A stretch of 61,218 bases of DNA from Deltaproteobacteria bacterium (GTDB lineage Bacteria; SAR324; NAC60-12). Positions 29,953-40,080 of this stretch are shown here, in pieces. The stretch's first letter is position 1. Each line of letters begins with the position of its first letter. The notes under the pieces were generated by a model. The model made no database searches. It worked only from the letters and a program-made list of their open reading frames with translations, and had not been told where the DNA came from. The stretch is taken from NCBI GenBank assembly GCA_038150265.1, contig JAYOTF010000020.1, forward strand, positions 1 through 61,218, in the 5' to 3' direction. The translations under genes and the position numbers were made by a program.

Positions 29953-31608
29953 TCAAAGGAGCAGTCGCCGCAGGTCGCCCAGCGTTTGACACAGGTCCAC
30001 CATGAAGCGAGCGGCCTGAGCCCCATCGATGACCCGGTGGTCATAGGTCAGGTCCAGGGGCAGCATCAGGCGGGGCACAAACTCCTTCCCGTTCCAGACC
30101 GGAGCCATGCGCGACTTGGTGATGCCCAAAATGGCGACCTCTGGTGCATTGACCAGCGGGGTGAAGGCCGTGCCGCCAATGCCCCCCAGGCTGGAGATGC
30201 TGAAGCAGCCCCCTTGCATTTCCTGAGGCTTGAGCTTGCCATCGCGGGCGCGGGCACTTACTTCTCCCAACTCGGCGGCCAGCTCATAGACGCCTTTCTG
30301 GTCCACATCCCGGAAGACCGGAACCACGAGGCCGTCTGGGGTGTCCACGGCCACTCCAATGTGGACATACTGCTTGTACACCAGGCTTTCGGCATCCGGA
30401 GTCAACGAGGCGTTGAAGTTCGGATGGGCCTGCAGTACCGAGGCACAGGCCTTGAGCATGAACGCCAGCGGAGTCACCTTGACGCCCTTCTTGGCCGCTT
30501 CGTCCTTGAGGGACTTCCGGAAGGCTTCCATCTCGGTGATGTCGGCTTCGTCATGATGGGTCACCATCGGGACATTCAGCCAGGCCCGGTGCAGGTGCTT
30601 GCCCGAGATCTTCTTGATGCGAGGCAGCGGTTTGACCTCAACCGGTCCAAACTTGCTGAAGTCCACCTCAGGCATGGCGGGAATGCCCATGCCTCCGGAG
30701 GCGCCTGCCGCAGCCGGCTGAGCGGCTTGCTGGAGCGCCTGCTTGACGTAATTCTGAACGTCTTCCCTGGTGATGCGCTCCTTGCGTCCGGTGCCCGTGA
30801 CCTTGCTGAGGTCCACGCCCAGCTCGCGAGCAAAGAGCCGAACCGAGGGGCTCGCGTGGGCCTTCCGGAAGTTCTGGTCGTTGATGGGCTCCGAGATGGG
30901 CGGTGGGCGCAGCGGTGACTCCATCGCCATGTCCTCGGAAAGGCTGGACCGAGGAGAAGCCGGTGGCGCCGGTGCCGCGGCGGGCGCGGGTGCTGCTGGC
31001 GCCGCTTGAGGCTGTGGTGCTGCTGCGACGGGCGCCGCTCCGGCTGCCTCGACCAGGGCAATCAGGTCTCCTTCCGAGACCTTGTCTCCCACCTTCACCT
31101 TCATTTCCTTGACGGTGCCGGCCAGCGGGGACGGAACTTCCATGGTCGCCTTGTCGCTCTCAAGCGTGATGAGTCCGGCGTCCGTGGCAAGGGTGTCGCC
31201 AGCGTTGGCGAGCACTTCAATGATTTCCACATCCTTGAAGTCGCCAATGTCCGGAACCCGGACCTCCTGAACCCCACCTGTTGCCGCTGGGGCCGCGGGG
31301 GCTGCAGGTTCCGGAGTCGCCGAGGGCGCCGGTTCTGTGGCCGGCTCTGCGGCGGGGGTGGCTTCGTTCGCCGGAATCAGCTTCAGGACGAGGCTGCCTT
31401 CCGAGACCTTGTCTCCGACCTTCACCAGCAACTCCTGAACAATGCCCGCTTCCGGAGAAGGGACGTCCATGGTCGCCTTGTCGCTCTCAAGCGTGATGAG
31501 CGGGTCTTCAGGCTGGATGGAGTCTCCGGGCTTGATGAGGATGTCGATGATCTCTACGTCCTTGAAGTCGCCGATGTCTGGGACCAGAACGTCTTTCAAT
31601 GTGCTCAT
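29953..31608 (-). CDS. aceF: pyruvate dehydrogenase E2 with two lipoyl domains
   Basis: Two ESDKA motifs, HASPSVR E3-binding domain, YDHRVIDG. Confidence 0.96.
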   Translation of the reverse strand: MSTLKDVLVPDIGDFKDVEIIDILIKPGDSIQPEDPLITLESDKATMDVPSPEAGIVQELLVKVGDKVSEGSLVLKLIPANEATPAAEPATEPAPSATPEPAAPAAPAATGGVQEVRVPDIGDFKDVEIIEVLANAGDTLATDAGLITLESDKATMEVPSPLAGTVKEMKVKVGDKVSEGDLIALVEAAGAAPVAAAPQPQAAPAAPAPAAAPAPPASPRSSLSEDMAMESPLRPPPISEPINDQNFRKAHASPSVRLFARELGVDLSKVTGTGRKERITREDVQNYVKQALQQAAQPAAAGASGGMGIPAMPEVDFSKFGPVEVKPLPRIKKISGKHLHRAWLNVPMVTHHDEADITEMEAFRKSLKDEAAKKGVKVTPLAFMLKACASVLQAHPNFNASLTPDAESLVYKQYVHIGVAVDTPDGLVVPVFRDVDQKGVYELAAELGEVSARARDGKLKPQEMQGGCFSISSLGGIGGTAFTPLVNAPEVAILGITKSRMAPVWNGKEFVPRLMLPLDLTYDHRVIDGAQAARFMVDLCQTLGDLRRLLL

Positions 31609-31622
31609 GATCGCGCTCCTTC

Positions 31623-34283
31623 TCAGACAAACAAGGGGTTGGGTTTCTCAGGATCAAGGCCGTACTTCTTGATGGCCTCCTTCACGGTCTTGACCGGCAC
31701 GGCCCCTTCGTCGGCAAGGGCCTTCAGGGCAGCGACGGTCACGTAGTAGCGGTTGACTTCAAAGTGCTGGCGGAGGGCCTTGCGCGTGTCACTGCGTCCG
31801 TAGCCGTCGGTGCCCAGCACCACGTAGTGCCGGGGCACGTACGCACGGATCTGATCGGCGTAGAGCTTGATGTAGTCCGTCGCAGCGACAACCGGTCCCG
31901 CGGTTTTTTCCAGGCACTCTTCCACGTGCGACTTCCGGGGCTTCTTGTCCGGATGCATGCGGTTCCAGCGGGTCACGTCATCGCCGTCTCGCTTGAGCTC
32001 GTTGAAGCTGGGAGCGCTCCACAGGTCCGCCTGCACCCCCCAGTCTTCTGCGAGCAGGTCGGCTGCAGCGATCACCTCGCGGAAGATGGTTCCGGAACCG
32101 AGCAGCTGCACCCGCAGCTTCCCTGCCTTGGCCTTGCGGAAGGCGTACAGGCCCTTGATGATGTTGGCCTCTTCCCCTTCCGGAAGCTCCGGATGCGGAT
32201 AGTTTTCGTTCATCGTCGTCAGGTAGTAGAACACATTCTCCTGTTCTTCAAACATGCGACGCAGGCCTTCTCGGAAGATCACCATCAGCTCGTAGGAGAA
32301 GGTGGGATCGTAGGAGATGCAGTTGGGGATGTTGCCCGCCAGGATGTGGCTGTGGCCGTCTTCGTGCTGGAGGCCTTCTCCGTTCAGGGTGGTCCGTCCA
32401 GACGTGCCCCCAATGAGGAAGCCTCGGGCCTGAATGTCCCCGGCGGCCCAGGCCAGGTCTCCGATCCGCTGGAAGCCGAACATCGAGTAGAAGATGTAGA
32501 TCGGAATCATCTGGATGTTGGAGTGGCTGTAGGCCGTGGCTGCAGCAATCCATGACGACATGGCGCCGTCTTCGTTGATGCCCTCCTGAAGGATCTGGCC
32601 GCTCTGGTCTTCCCGGTAGTACATGAGCTGGTCTCGGTCGACCGGCTCATACTTCTGCCCCTCGTGGGCGTAGATGCCGATCTGCCGGAACATGCCCTCC
32701 ATTCCGAAGGTGCGGGCCTCATCGGGAACAATCGGAACCAGCCGTGGGCCGATTTCCTTGTCTCGGGTCAGCAGGGTCATGGCCTGAACCAGCGCCTGCG
32801 TGGTGGACATTTCCCGCTCGCCGGTGTCCTTGAGCAGGCGGCCGAAGAAGGAAAGCTCCGGAATCTTCAGACCGGCAGCCTTGATGCGGCGCTGCGGCAA
32901 GGAGCCTCCGAGGGCTTCACGCCGCTCCATGAGGTAACGGATTTCCTCGGAGTCTGGTCCGGGATTGTAGAACTCCATGTTTTCGACCTGCTCGTCGCTG
33001 AGCGGCACCTTGAAGCGGTCCCGGAAGAGCTTGAGGTCGGACAGGCCGATCTTCTTTTGCTGGTGCGAGCCCATCTGGCCTTCGCCGGAGGCGCCCATGC
33101 CGTAGCCCTTGACGGTCTTGGCCAGGATGACGGTGGGCTGGCCTGTGTGGTTCACGGCAGCGTGGTAGGCCGCATAGATCTTGTGAGGATCGTGTCCGCC
33201 CCGGTTCAGGCGCCAGATGTCCTCATCGCTCATGGAAGAGACCATGTCGAGCAGCTCCGGATACTTGCCGAAGAAGTGAGCCCGGACGTAGGCCCCATCG
33301 TGTGCCTTGAAGGCCTGGTACTCGCCATCAACGGCTTCTTCCATGCGGCGGCGCAGCAGGCCCTCCTTGTCTTGCTGGAGAAGCGGGTCCCAGTAGGAGC
33401 CCCAGATGACCTTGATGACGTTCCAGCCGGCGCCCCGGAACTCGGCTTCAAGCTCCTGGATGATCTTGCCGTTCCCCCGGACTGGGCCGTCGAGTCGCTG
33501 GAGGTTGCAGTTGATGACAAACACGAGGTTGTCGAGCTTCTCCCGGGCGGCCAGGCCAATGGCGCCGAGGGATTCGGGCTCATCGGTCTCCCCATCTCCA
33601 AGGAAGGCCCAGACCTTCCGGTTGGAAACGTCGGCCAGTCCGCGGTTGCCGAGGTACTTGAGGAACCGGGCCTGGTAGATGGCCATGATGGGACCGAGTC
33701 CCATCGAGACGGTGGGGAACTGCCAGAAGTCGGGCATCAGCCAGGGGTGAGGGTAGGACGAGACGCCCTTGCCTTCGGTTTCCTGGCGGAAGTTGACGAG
33801 CTGGTCTTCGCTCAGACGCCCTTCCAGAAAGGCCCGGGCGTAGATGCCGGGCGCAGAGTGTCCCTGCATGTAAATGAGGTCGCCGCCGTGGTTTTCAGTG
33901 GGGGCATGCCAGAAGTGGTTGAAGCCCACATCGTAAAGGTTGGCGGCAGAGGCGAAGCTGGCGATGTGGCCACCGAGTTCGGAAGACTCCTTGTTGGCCT
34001 TGACGACCATGTTGGCGGCGTTCCACCGGATGATCGCCCGGAGCTTCGACTCGATTTCCTGGTTCCCGGGGGAGCGGACTTCCAACTCGGGTGGGATGGT
34101 GTTGATGTAGGGCGTCGTGGCCGAGTAGGGGGAAGCCACCCCGGAAGTCGTTGCTCGGTCGGCCAGCTGGCGCAGGAGGAAGTAGGCTCGCTCCAGACCA
34201 TCTCGCTCAATGACAGCTTCAATGGCTTCAATCCATTCGCGAGTTTCTAGAGGGTCAAGGTCGTGGGCAATCGTGTCGGTCAT
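31623..34283 (-). CDS. aceE: pyruvate dehydrogenase E1, homodimeric type
   Basis: GGHIASF, FPTVSMGLG, GDGETDEPES, GEGLQHEDG. Confidence 0.97.
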   Translation of the reverse strand: MTDTIAHDLDPLETREWIEAIEAVIERDGLERAYFLLRQLADRATTSGVASPYSATTPYINTIPPELEVRSPGNQEIESKLRAIIRWNAANMVVKANKESSELGGHIASFASAANLYDVGFNHFWHAPTENHGGDLIYMQGHSAPGIYARAFLEGRLSEDQLVNFRQETEGKGVSSYPHPWLMPDFWQFPTVSMGLGPIMAIYQARFLKYLGNRGLADVSNRKVWAFLGDGETDEPESLGAIGLAAREKLDNLVFVINCNLQRLDGPVRGNGKIIQELEAEFRGAGWNVIKVIWGSYWDPLLQQDKEGLLRRRMEEAVDGEYQAFKAHDGAYVRAHFFGKYPELLDMVSSMSDEDIWRLNRGGHDPHKIYAAYHAAVNHTGQPTVILAKTVKGYGMGASGEGQMGSHQQKKIGLSDLKLFRDRFKVPLSDEQVENMEFYNPGPDSEEIRYLMERREALGGSLPQRRIKAAGLKIPELSFFGRLLKDTGEREMSTTQALVQAMTLLTRDKEIGPRLVPIVPDEARTFGMEGMFRQIGIYAHEGQKYEPVDRDQLMYYREDQSGQILQEGINEDGAMSSWIAAATAYSHSNIQMIPIYIFYSMFGFQRIGDLAWAAGDIQARGFLIGGTSGRTTLNGEGLQHEDGHSHILAGNIPNCISYDPTFSYELMVIFREGLRRMFEEQENVFYYLTTMNENYPHPELPEGEEANIIKGLYAFRKAKAGKLRVQLLGSGTIFREVIAAADLLAEDWGVQADLWSAPSFNELKRDGDDVTRWNRMHPDKKPRKSHVEECLEKTAGPVVAATDYIKLYADQIRAYVPRHYVVLGTDGYGRSDTRKALRQHFEVNRYYVTVAALKALADEGAVPVKTVKEAIKKYGLDPEKPNPLFV

Positions 34284-34522
34284 GGTCCTTCCAAGAAGAG
34301 GATGCCGAAATGCAAGTTAACCGCTTAAACTGTGGTTTAATAAGAAAACCCTTTGCTTAAACTGCACTTTTGAAGCAAAACTGAGCAGGGGCGGGCGCCT
34401 TAGGGTGCTCAGTTTCGTTTCATGGGAGACGTTTTAATTAAAACAATTGCGCAATTCTTACAAAAGAAGGTTTTAATTCTCAATTTAGTGAAGGAAATGT
34501 CAATCATAAACGCCGAACGGGG

Positions 34523-36028
34523 TCATTCATCTGCACAAACCCGCATGCCGATGCTCTTGTAGTGAGTCCTGGTGGGGTTGGCGTACCAGCGTTTGGCAGA
34601 CCGGATGCTGGCTTTTTCCGAGGAGTACCCGCCTCCTCGCAGGACGTGGGAGCCGCCGGAGTCCGGACCGGTTGGGTCGGTGACCCCGTCGGCATCCTGC
34701 TCGTAGGTCTTGCTGCTGTAGAAGTCAGCCACCCATTCCCAGACGTTGCCATGGACGTCATAGAGGCCCCAGGCGTTGGCGGTCTTGGTCCGGATGGGTT
34801 GAGTGTGGGAGCGGCTGGTGGAATCGTACCAGGCGATGTCGGTGGTGCAGGTATCGTTGCCACACCACCACTTGGTGGCCGTGCCAGCGCGAGCCGCATA
34901 CTCCCACTCCGCCTCGGTACAGAAGCGATAGGTGCGCTCCCCTTGCGACGTCAGCCACGTCAGGTACGCCTGCCCCTGCTCCCAGGAAAGGCAGTTCATT
35001 GGAGAATCCTCGTGCCCGTCCAGCAAGGCGTTGCAGGTGTCACCCAGGTCGGCGAGGGAACACGCCCCTGCAGCGACGCAGGCCTGGTATTCGGCAACAC
35101 TCAGCTCATGGTCCGAGATCAGGAACGGGTGGCTCAGGGTGACGGTGTGGGTGGGCAACTCGTTGCTGCTGTTGCTGCCGTCCGCGACACTGGCGTTGTC
35201 GGCACCCATCTCGAAGGTTCCTCCACTGAGCTTGATCAGGCCTTGCGCATCGGCTGGCGCAAGGACCCCACTCTGGATGTGAAACTGCTGCTGCTGCGGA
35301 TCCGGATGATTCCCTGCGAGGTCTTCCAGCGCGGCAGAGAGGGCCACGGTGTAGGTCCCGTTGGCCTGCCAGGGCTGCTCTGGAACGAACCTCAGGGTGC
35401 TCCCTTCCAGGGTGACCTGACCGGCCCGGGGTTCCTCTTGCTGAGAAACGGTCACGGCGGTCTCTACCGAAACCGGATTGAGGGGCTCACTGAACTGCCA
35501 CTCCAGAGAGAGGTCGGTCGGCAGGTCGTCCGGAGCCTCCTGCAGCGTGCTCCACTGAACCTCCGGAGGCTGCTCATCCAGTCTGCTGCCCGTGTCAAAG
35601 ACCCAATCCGGAGCCGCGTCGAGGGCCCAGTTTTCCGAGGCCGAGTAGGTCACCGAAACGGCAAGGGTGTTGGTGTGGTTCGGGGGAAAGGGGGAGGTGG
35701 GGTGAAAGGCCGCATAGGTTCCGGACTGCGTCCAGCTGCCTTCAAGTGGGCCCGAATCGGCCTGCAGGAAGTCCGGATCTGGTGGCACAGAGGCCGGAGG
35801 CGGCTCGGCAAAGGCCAGGAGCAAGACGGTGTTGCGCGGCACATCGGTGTCGTCGGCGCTGGGAAACCAGTCCGTGATGGTCGCGTAGTGAGGAGTGGGC
35901 TCCTCTGAAGAGGGGGGTTCAGGGTCGGTTCCGGGGGGAAGGGCTTCGTCCGAGTTTCCGCAAGCGGAGAGGCTGAGGAAGAGCCAGAAGCATGCGGAGC
36001 AGAGACGGTTGGGAGAGGAAAGTCTCAT
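34523..36028 (-). CDS. lipoprotein with two Ig-like (Big_5) domains and a C-terminal FGE-sulfatase/SUMF1-fold domain
   Basis: Lipobox LSAC; FSEPL and DLAGN Ig-like motifs; FEMG, TEAEWEYAARAG, GLYDVHGNVWEW, LRGG, GMR. Confidence 0.88.
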   Translation of the reverse strand: MRLSSPNRLCSACFWLFLSLSACGNSDEALPPGTDPEPPSSEEPTPHYATITDWFPSADDTDVPRNTVLLLAFAEPPPASVPPDPDFLQADSGPLEGSWTQSGTYAAFHPTSPFPPNHTNTLAVSVTYSASENWALDAAPDWVFDTGSRLDEQPPEVQWSTLQEAPDDLPTDLSLEWQFSEPLNPVSVETAVTVSQQEEPRAGQVTLEGSTLRFVPEQPWQANGTYTVALSAALEDLAGNHPDPQQQQFHIQSGVLAPADAQGLIKLSGGTFEMGADNASVADGSNSSNELPTHTVTLSHPFLISDHELSVAEYQACVAAGACSLADLGDTCNALLDGHEDSPMNCLSWEQGQAYLTWLTSQGERTYRFCTEAEWEYAARAGTATKWWCGNDTCTTDIAWYDSTSRSHTQPIRTKTANAWGLYDVHGNVWEWVADFYSSKTYEQDADGVTDPTGPDSGGSHVLRGGGYSSEKASIRSAKRWYANPTRTHYKSIGMRVCADE

Positions 36029-36125
36029 AGGTCCTCCGATTGAAAAACCACCTCATGACAAGGTGGGGTTAGGGCGGGCTAATGCGCACCCTAACATGCT
36101 CTCTCCCATGAGACAACCCCGAAAA

Positions 36126-37565
36126 CTATCCCTGCCAGGGCAGTGAGAAGGTCTTCACGTTCGTGAAGCTCTTCATGGCTTCAATGACTCCTTCCTTGTA
36201 GCCCAGGCCGGAATCCTTGATGCCTCCGAAGGGAGACATCTCGATGCGGTACCCCGGAACTTCCCAGATGTTGACCGTGCCGTGGTTGAGTTCGGCAATG
36301 AAGCGGGTGATGTAGTCGAGCCGGTTGGTGCAGACTCCGGAAGACAGCCCAAACGCGGTGCCGTTGGCAATGCGGATGGCCTCGTCAATCCCGGAAACCC
36401 GAATGATGGGAATGGCCGGTCCGAAGGTTTCTTCCATGACCAACTCGCAGTCCCAGGGGACGTGATCGACCACGGTGGGCGGAAAGACCGCGCCTTCGCG
36501 GTTGTTGCCGTGGACCAGAGTCGCGCCTGCCTCAACGGCAGCCTCAACGCGCTTCTGGAACAGGGTGGCGGCTTCTTCGTGAATGACGGTTCCCACATCT
36601 GTGGTCGGGTCCATCGGGTTGCCGTACTTGAGCTTCTTGGCCTTTTCAGTGACCAGCGCAACAAACGCGTCAGCAACAGAGTCCACAACCAGGATGCGCT
36701 TGACAGCCGTGCAGCGCTGTCCGGAGTTCTTGGTGGCGCCGGCAACGGCAAGGGTCGAGGCTCGGTCGAGGTCGGCGTCTTCCATCACGATGAGAGGCGC
36801 ATTGCCGCCAAGCTCCAAAACGGTGCGTCGGTAGCCTGCTCGTTCAGCGATGAGCTTGCCGACCCGGACGCTTCCGGTGAAGGTGACGAGGTCGATGTGC
36901 GGGTGGGTGATCATCTCGTCGCCAATGTCTTCCGGAAGTCCGGTGACCACCTGAAACATCTCCGGAGGCAGTCCTGCTTCATAGAGCACATCGGCCAGCA
37001 GCAGCGCCGTCAGGGGGGTCAGCTCTGTGGGCTTGCAGACCATGCGGTTGTTGGTGGCAATGCTGGGAGCGATCTTGTGCGCCACCATGTTCAGGGGGTG
37101 GTTGAAGGGGGTGATGGCGCTGATGACTCCGAGCAACGGGTCACGCTGCGTGAAGATCTTGCGCTTCTGCCCGTGTGGCGTGAGGTCGCACGAGAAGATC
37201 TCGCCATCATCGAGGATGCAGAGCTGTCCTGCGAGGGTAAAGACGTCGAAGGCGCGTCCGACCTCATAAAGCGAATCCTTCTTGGAAAGTCCGGACTCAG
37301 CTGTGATCAGGTCGGAAATTTCGTCTCGCCGAGCGACCAGCAGCTGCGCGGTTTTGGTGAGGATCTGCTGCCGCTCGTAACGGGTCAGGGTGGGCTTGAA
37401 CTGCTGGGCGCGTTCCAGGGCTTCTTGCACCTGTTGCCGAGAGGCCCGGGGCACGGTGCCGACGAGTTCGTTGGTGTAGGGGTTGAACACGTCAAGCGTG
37501 CCAACGTCACCCGCGACCTTCTGGCCGCCGATGCGCATGGATTCGTGAAGAGGGAAGTCAGGCAT
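36126..37565 (-). CDS. phnY: phosphonoacetaldehyde dehydrogenase
   Basis: ALDH motifs (LELGGN, GQRC) with PFNHPLN and [11 protein letters not shown]; adjacent to phnA and phnW. Confidence 0.93.
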   Translation of the reverse strand: MPDFPLHESMRIGGQKVAGDVGTLDVFNPYTNELVGTVPRASRQQVQEALERAQQFKPTLTRYERQQILTKTAQLLVARRDEISDLITAESGLSKKDSLYEVGRAFDVFTLAGQLCILDDGEIFSCDLTPHGQKRKIFTQRDPLLGVISAITPFNHPLNMVAHKIAPSIATNNRMVCKPTELTPLTALLLADVLYEAGLPPEMFQVVTGLPEDIGDEMITHPHIDLVTFTGSVRVGKLIAERAGYRRTVLELGGNAPLIVMEDADLDRASTLAVAGATKNSGQRCTAVKRILVVDSVADAFVALVTEKAKKLKYGNPMDPTTDVGTVIHEEAATLFQKRVEAAVEAGATLVHGNNREGAVFPPTVVDHVPWDCELVMEETFGPAIPIIRVSGIDEAIRIANGTAFGLSSGVCTNRLDYITRFIAELNHGTVNIWEVPGYRIEMSPFGGIKDSGLGYKEGVIEAMKSFTNVKTFSLPWQG

Positions 37566-37576
37566 GGTGTTTCGTT

Positions 37577-38815
37577 TTAGGCAGCATGATTGAGGGCAAG
37601 GTCAAACAGGTCGTAGTTGTGCAACTGACCGTCCGGAGGCGTCACAATCGCCTGGCTGAAGACCAGGGGGATGTTGCGGTCACAAACGCCGCCATGTGAG
37701 CGCAACGGCTCCTTGAGTTCGCTGAGGTCATGACGTTCCGGAGTGGTGCCCAGGACCTTTTCAGTGGTGGAAACCACAATCAGGTCACCGAGCCGGTCAT
37801 GCGGAAGGTCAAAGGCCTCACAGCCCTGAGCGTTGGTGTAGGCGGCTTCAACGCCTTCCACTGCCGAGAGGCGGTGCGCCATGGCCTGAGCGTCGCTTCC
37901 GGCGGGCAGGTAGATGGTGGCAAAGGAGCCCAGCGCACCGTGGTGGACCACATAGGGGTCGGTGATGGGCAAGATGACCCGAGCCTGGTTGGAGCCCAGC
38001 CACTCGTCGAGCAGCGTCTGCAGGTAGAGCACATTGGGGGCTCCGGAGGCGTCGGTCTTGGCGTTCATGCCGTGGTCGGCCGTGAGGGCCAATGCGGCTC
38101 CTTGCGCATGCAGCTGCGCCCAGTAGCCGTCCATCATGGCATAGAACTGATTGGCAACGGGGGTGCCGGGTGCATGCTTGTGCTGAATGTAGTCGGTGGT
38201 GGAGAGGTACATCAGGTCGGGACGCATGGACTGCATCAGCTTGACGCCAGCGGCAAAGATGAACTCGGAGAGCTCGGCCGAGTACACGCTGGGGATCTCG
38301 CGTCCCACCATTTCCTGAGCGTTGGCAATGCCGTTTTCCTCAAGGGTCGTCTGGTCTGCTTTTTCCGAAGAGAAGCACACCGCTCGTCCGGAGGAAAAAT
38401 CGAGGCCATGCCCAAGCAAGCGGCGCAGTTTGTCCTTGGCCGTCACCACCGCGATCCGTGCTCCCGCTTCATGAAAGGCCTGGAAGAGGGTTCCGGCTCG
38501 GAGAAACTTGGGATCGTTCATCATCACTTCCTGTCCGGAGTCCGGGTCCAGGAAAAAATTCCCGGAGATGCCATGAATTTTCGGAGGCACACCGGTGACG
38601 ATGGAGAGGTTGTTGGGGTTCGTGAAGCTGGGAACCACGCTGTGTCCACGCAGATCGGAGCCCGTCTTGAGCAGGTTCTGGGTGAAGGGCATGTGTCCGC
38701 CTGCGAGGGCGGCTTCCATGTATTCCGGTTGTGAGCCGTCGATGCAGACGGCGACCAGAGGCTGACGGGGCCAGGCGTAGGAGCGCCCGTTGACAGAGAG
38801 GGTCGAGGTCGTCAT
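37577..38815 (-). CDS. phnA: phosphonoacetate hydrolase
   Basis: [32 protein letters not shown]. Confidence 0.95.
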   Translation of the reverse strand: MTTSTLSVNGRSYAWPRQPLVAVCIDGSQPEYMEAALAGGHMPFTQNLLKTGSDLRGHSVVPSFTNPNNLSIVTGVPPKIHGISGNFFLDPDSGQEVMMNDPKFLRAGTLFQAFHEAGARIAVVTAKDKLRRLLGHGLDFSSGRAVCFSSEKADQTTLEENGIANAQEMVGREIPSVYSAELSEFIFAAGVKLMQSMRPDLMYLSTTDYIQHKHAPGTPVANQFYAMMDGYWAQLHAQGAALALTADHGMNAKTDASGAPNVLYLQTLLDEWLGSNQARVILPITDPYVVHHGALGSFATIYLPAGSDAQAMAHRLSAVEGVEAAYTNAQGCEAFDLPHDRLGDLIVVSTTEKVLGTTPERHDLSELKEPLRSHGGVCDRNIPLVFSQAIVTPPDGQLHNYDLFDLALNHAA

Positions 38816-38829
38816 GAGTTGGTCAGGGG

Positions 38830-39954
38830 TTAGGCTGGTTTTCCACTGGTGACGCCCATCTGCTGGAGGACGTCCTTCATTACGTTCAGGGCGGCACGCA
38901 TGTCGTCGGCACCGAGGTGTCCGATGCAGCCCACCCGGAAGCTCGGAGCCACCGTGAGCTTGCCCGGATAGAGGATGTAGCCTCGCTCCTTGACCTGGTC
39001 ATAAAAGGCCTGGAAGTCGAAGGCTGGGTCGGCGGGCATCTTGAAGGTGACAATGATCGGTGCCTGCAGGTCCGGGGGCAGGAGGGGTTCAAAGCCGAGG
39101 GCGGCCATGCCGTCGATGAGGATGCGGCAGTTTTCCGAGTAGCGCGCGTTCCGGCCGGCCACTCCGCCTTCTGTTTCAAATTGCTCCATCGCCTTGTCGA
39201 ACGCAATGAGCACATGGGTGGGAGGCGTGAAGCGCCACTGGGAAGTGGCTTCCATGGCCTTCCACTGGTCATACAGGTCGAGGCTCAGGGAGTGGGCGTT
39301 GCCTTGACAGGCTTCGAGGACCTCGCGCCGGATCAAGGCATACCCCATCCCCGGTACCCCTTCGAGGCACTTGTTGGACGAGGCCATCACGGCGTCAAAC
39401 CGAACCTCGCGGGCGTCCAGGGGAATGGCTCCGAAGGCGCTCATGGAGTCAATGATGAGGGACCGCTGGTGACGGGCCACGATGTCAGCGACGGCGGCAA
39501 TGGGATTCAGGATGCCGGAGGTGGTTTCGCAGTGAACAACCAGCACGTGCGTCACCGAGGCATCCTGTTCCAGGGTCTGCTCCAGAAGCGGCAGGTCCGG
39601 CACCGTATCTTCCGGAGTCTCCTGGATCACAAAGTCCCGCTTCATGTAGGTCAGCATCTTGGCCATCCGGTGTCCGTAGGCGCCGTTGACGAGGATCAGC
39701 GCCTTGCTGGTTGGAGCGATGAGGGTGCCAAGGGCGGCTTCCACGGCAAAGGTGCCACTTCCCTGAAGCGGCACACAGACGTGGGTGGCTTCCGCGTGAG
39801 CGATTTCCAGCAACTTGCTGCGGACCCGGGCGTTTGCCTCAATGAAGGTCGCATCACGTGACCCCCAGTCGTGGAGCATGGCCGCCTTGGTTTCATGCGA
39901 GGTCGTCAGGGGGCCTGGGGTGAGGAGGCGTGGGTCGTTCGGTGTCAGAGACAT
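38830..39954 (-). CDS. phnW: 2-aminoethylphosphonate-pyruvate transaminase
   Basis: LLTPGPLTTS, HCETTSG, SSNKCLEG, WRFTPPTH, IYPGKLT-like motif. Confidence 0.95.
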   Translation of the reverse strand: MSLTPNDPRLLTPGPLTTSHETKAAMLHDWGSRDATFIEANARVRSKLLEIAHAEATHVCVPLQGSGTFAVEAALGTLIAPTSKALILVNGAYGHRMAKMLTYMKRDFVIQETPEDTVPDLPLLEQTLEQDASVTHVLVVHCETTSGILNPIAAVADIVARHQRSLIIDSMSAFGAIPLDAREVRFDAVMASSNKCLEGVPGMGYALIRREVLEACQGNAHSLSLDLYDQWKAMEATSQWRFTPPTHVLIAFDKAMEQFETEGGVAGRNARYSENCRILIDGMAALGFEPLLPPDLQAPIIVTFKMPADPAFDFQAFYDQVKERGYILYPGKLTVAPSFRVGCIGHLGADDMRAALNVMKDVLQQMGVTSGKPA

Positions 39955-40047
39955 GGTGTACTTTGATGGGAAGAGTCACTGCGAGGCACCGGCGGAACCA
40001 GGCCACCGGAGCCTCGCCTGGGAATCCAAGCGGAATCAATCGGGCCA

Positions 40048-40071
40048 AATTGTGACCAAAAGGTCACAATT
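40048..40071. promoter_or_regulatory. perfect inverted repeat, candidate operator upstream of phnW
   Basis: AATTGTGACC-AAAA-GGTCACAATT in the 126-bp gap before phnW; AT-rich relative to its surroundings. Confidence 0.6.
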
Positions 40072-40080
40072 CAGGCATCT

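Noticed and set aside
29640..31608. Near-identical DNA repeats in aceF and lpdA
   Set aside because: Explained by three homologous lipoyl domains.
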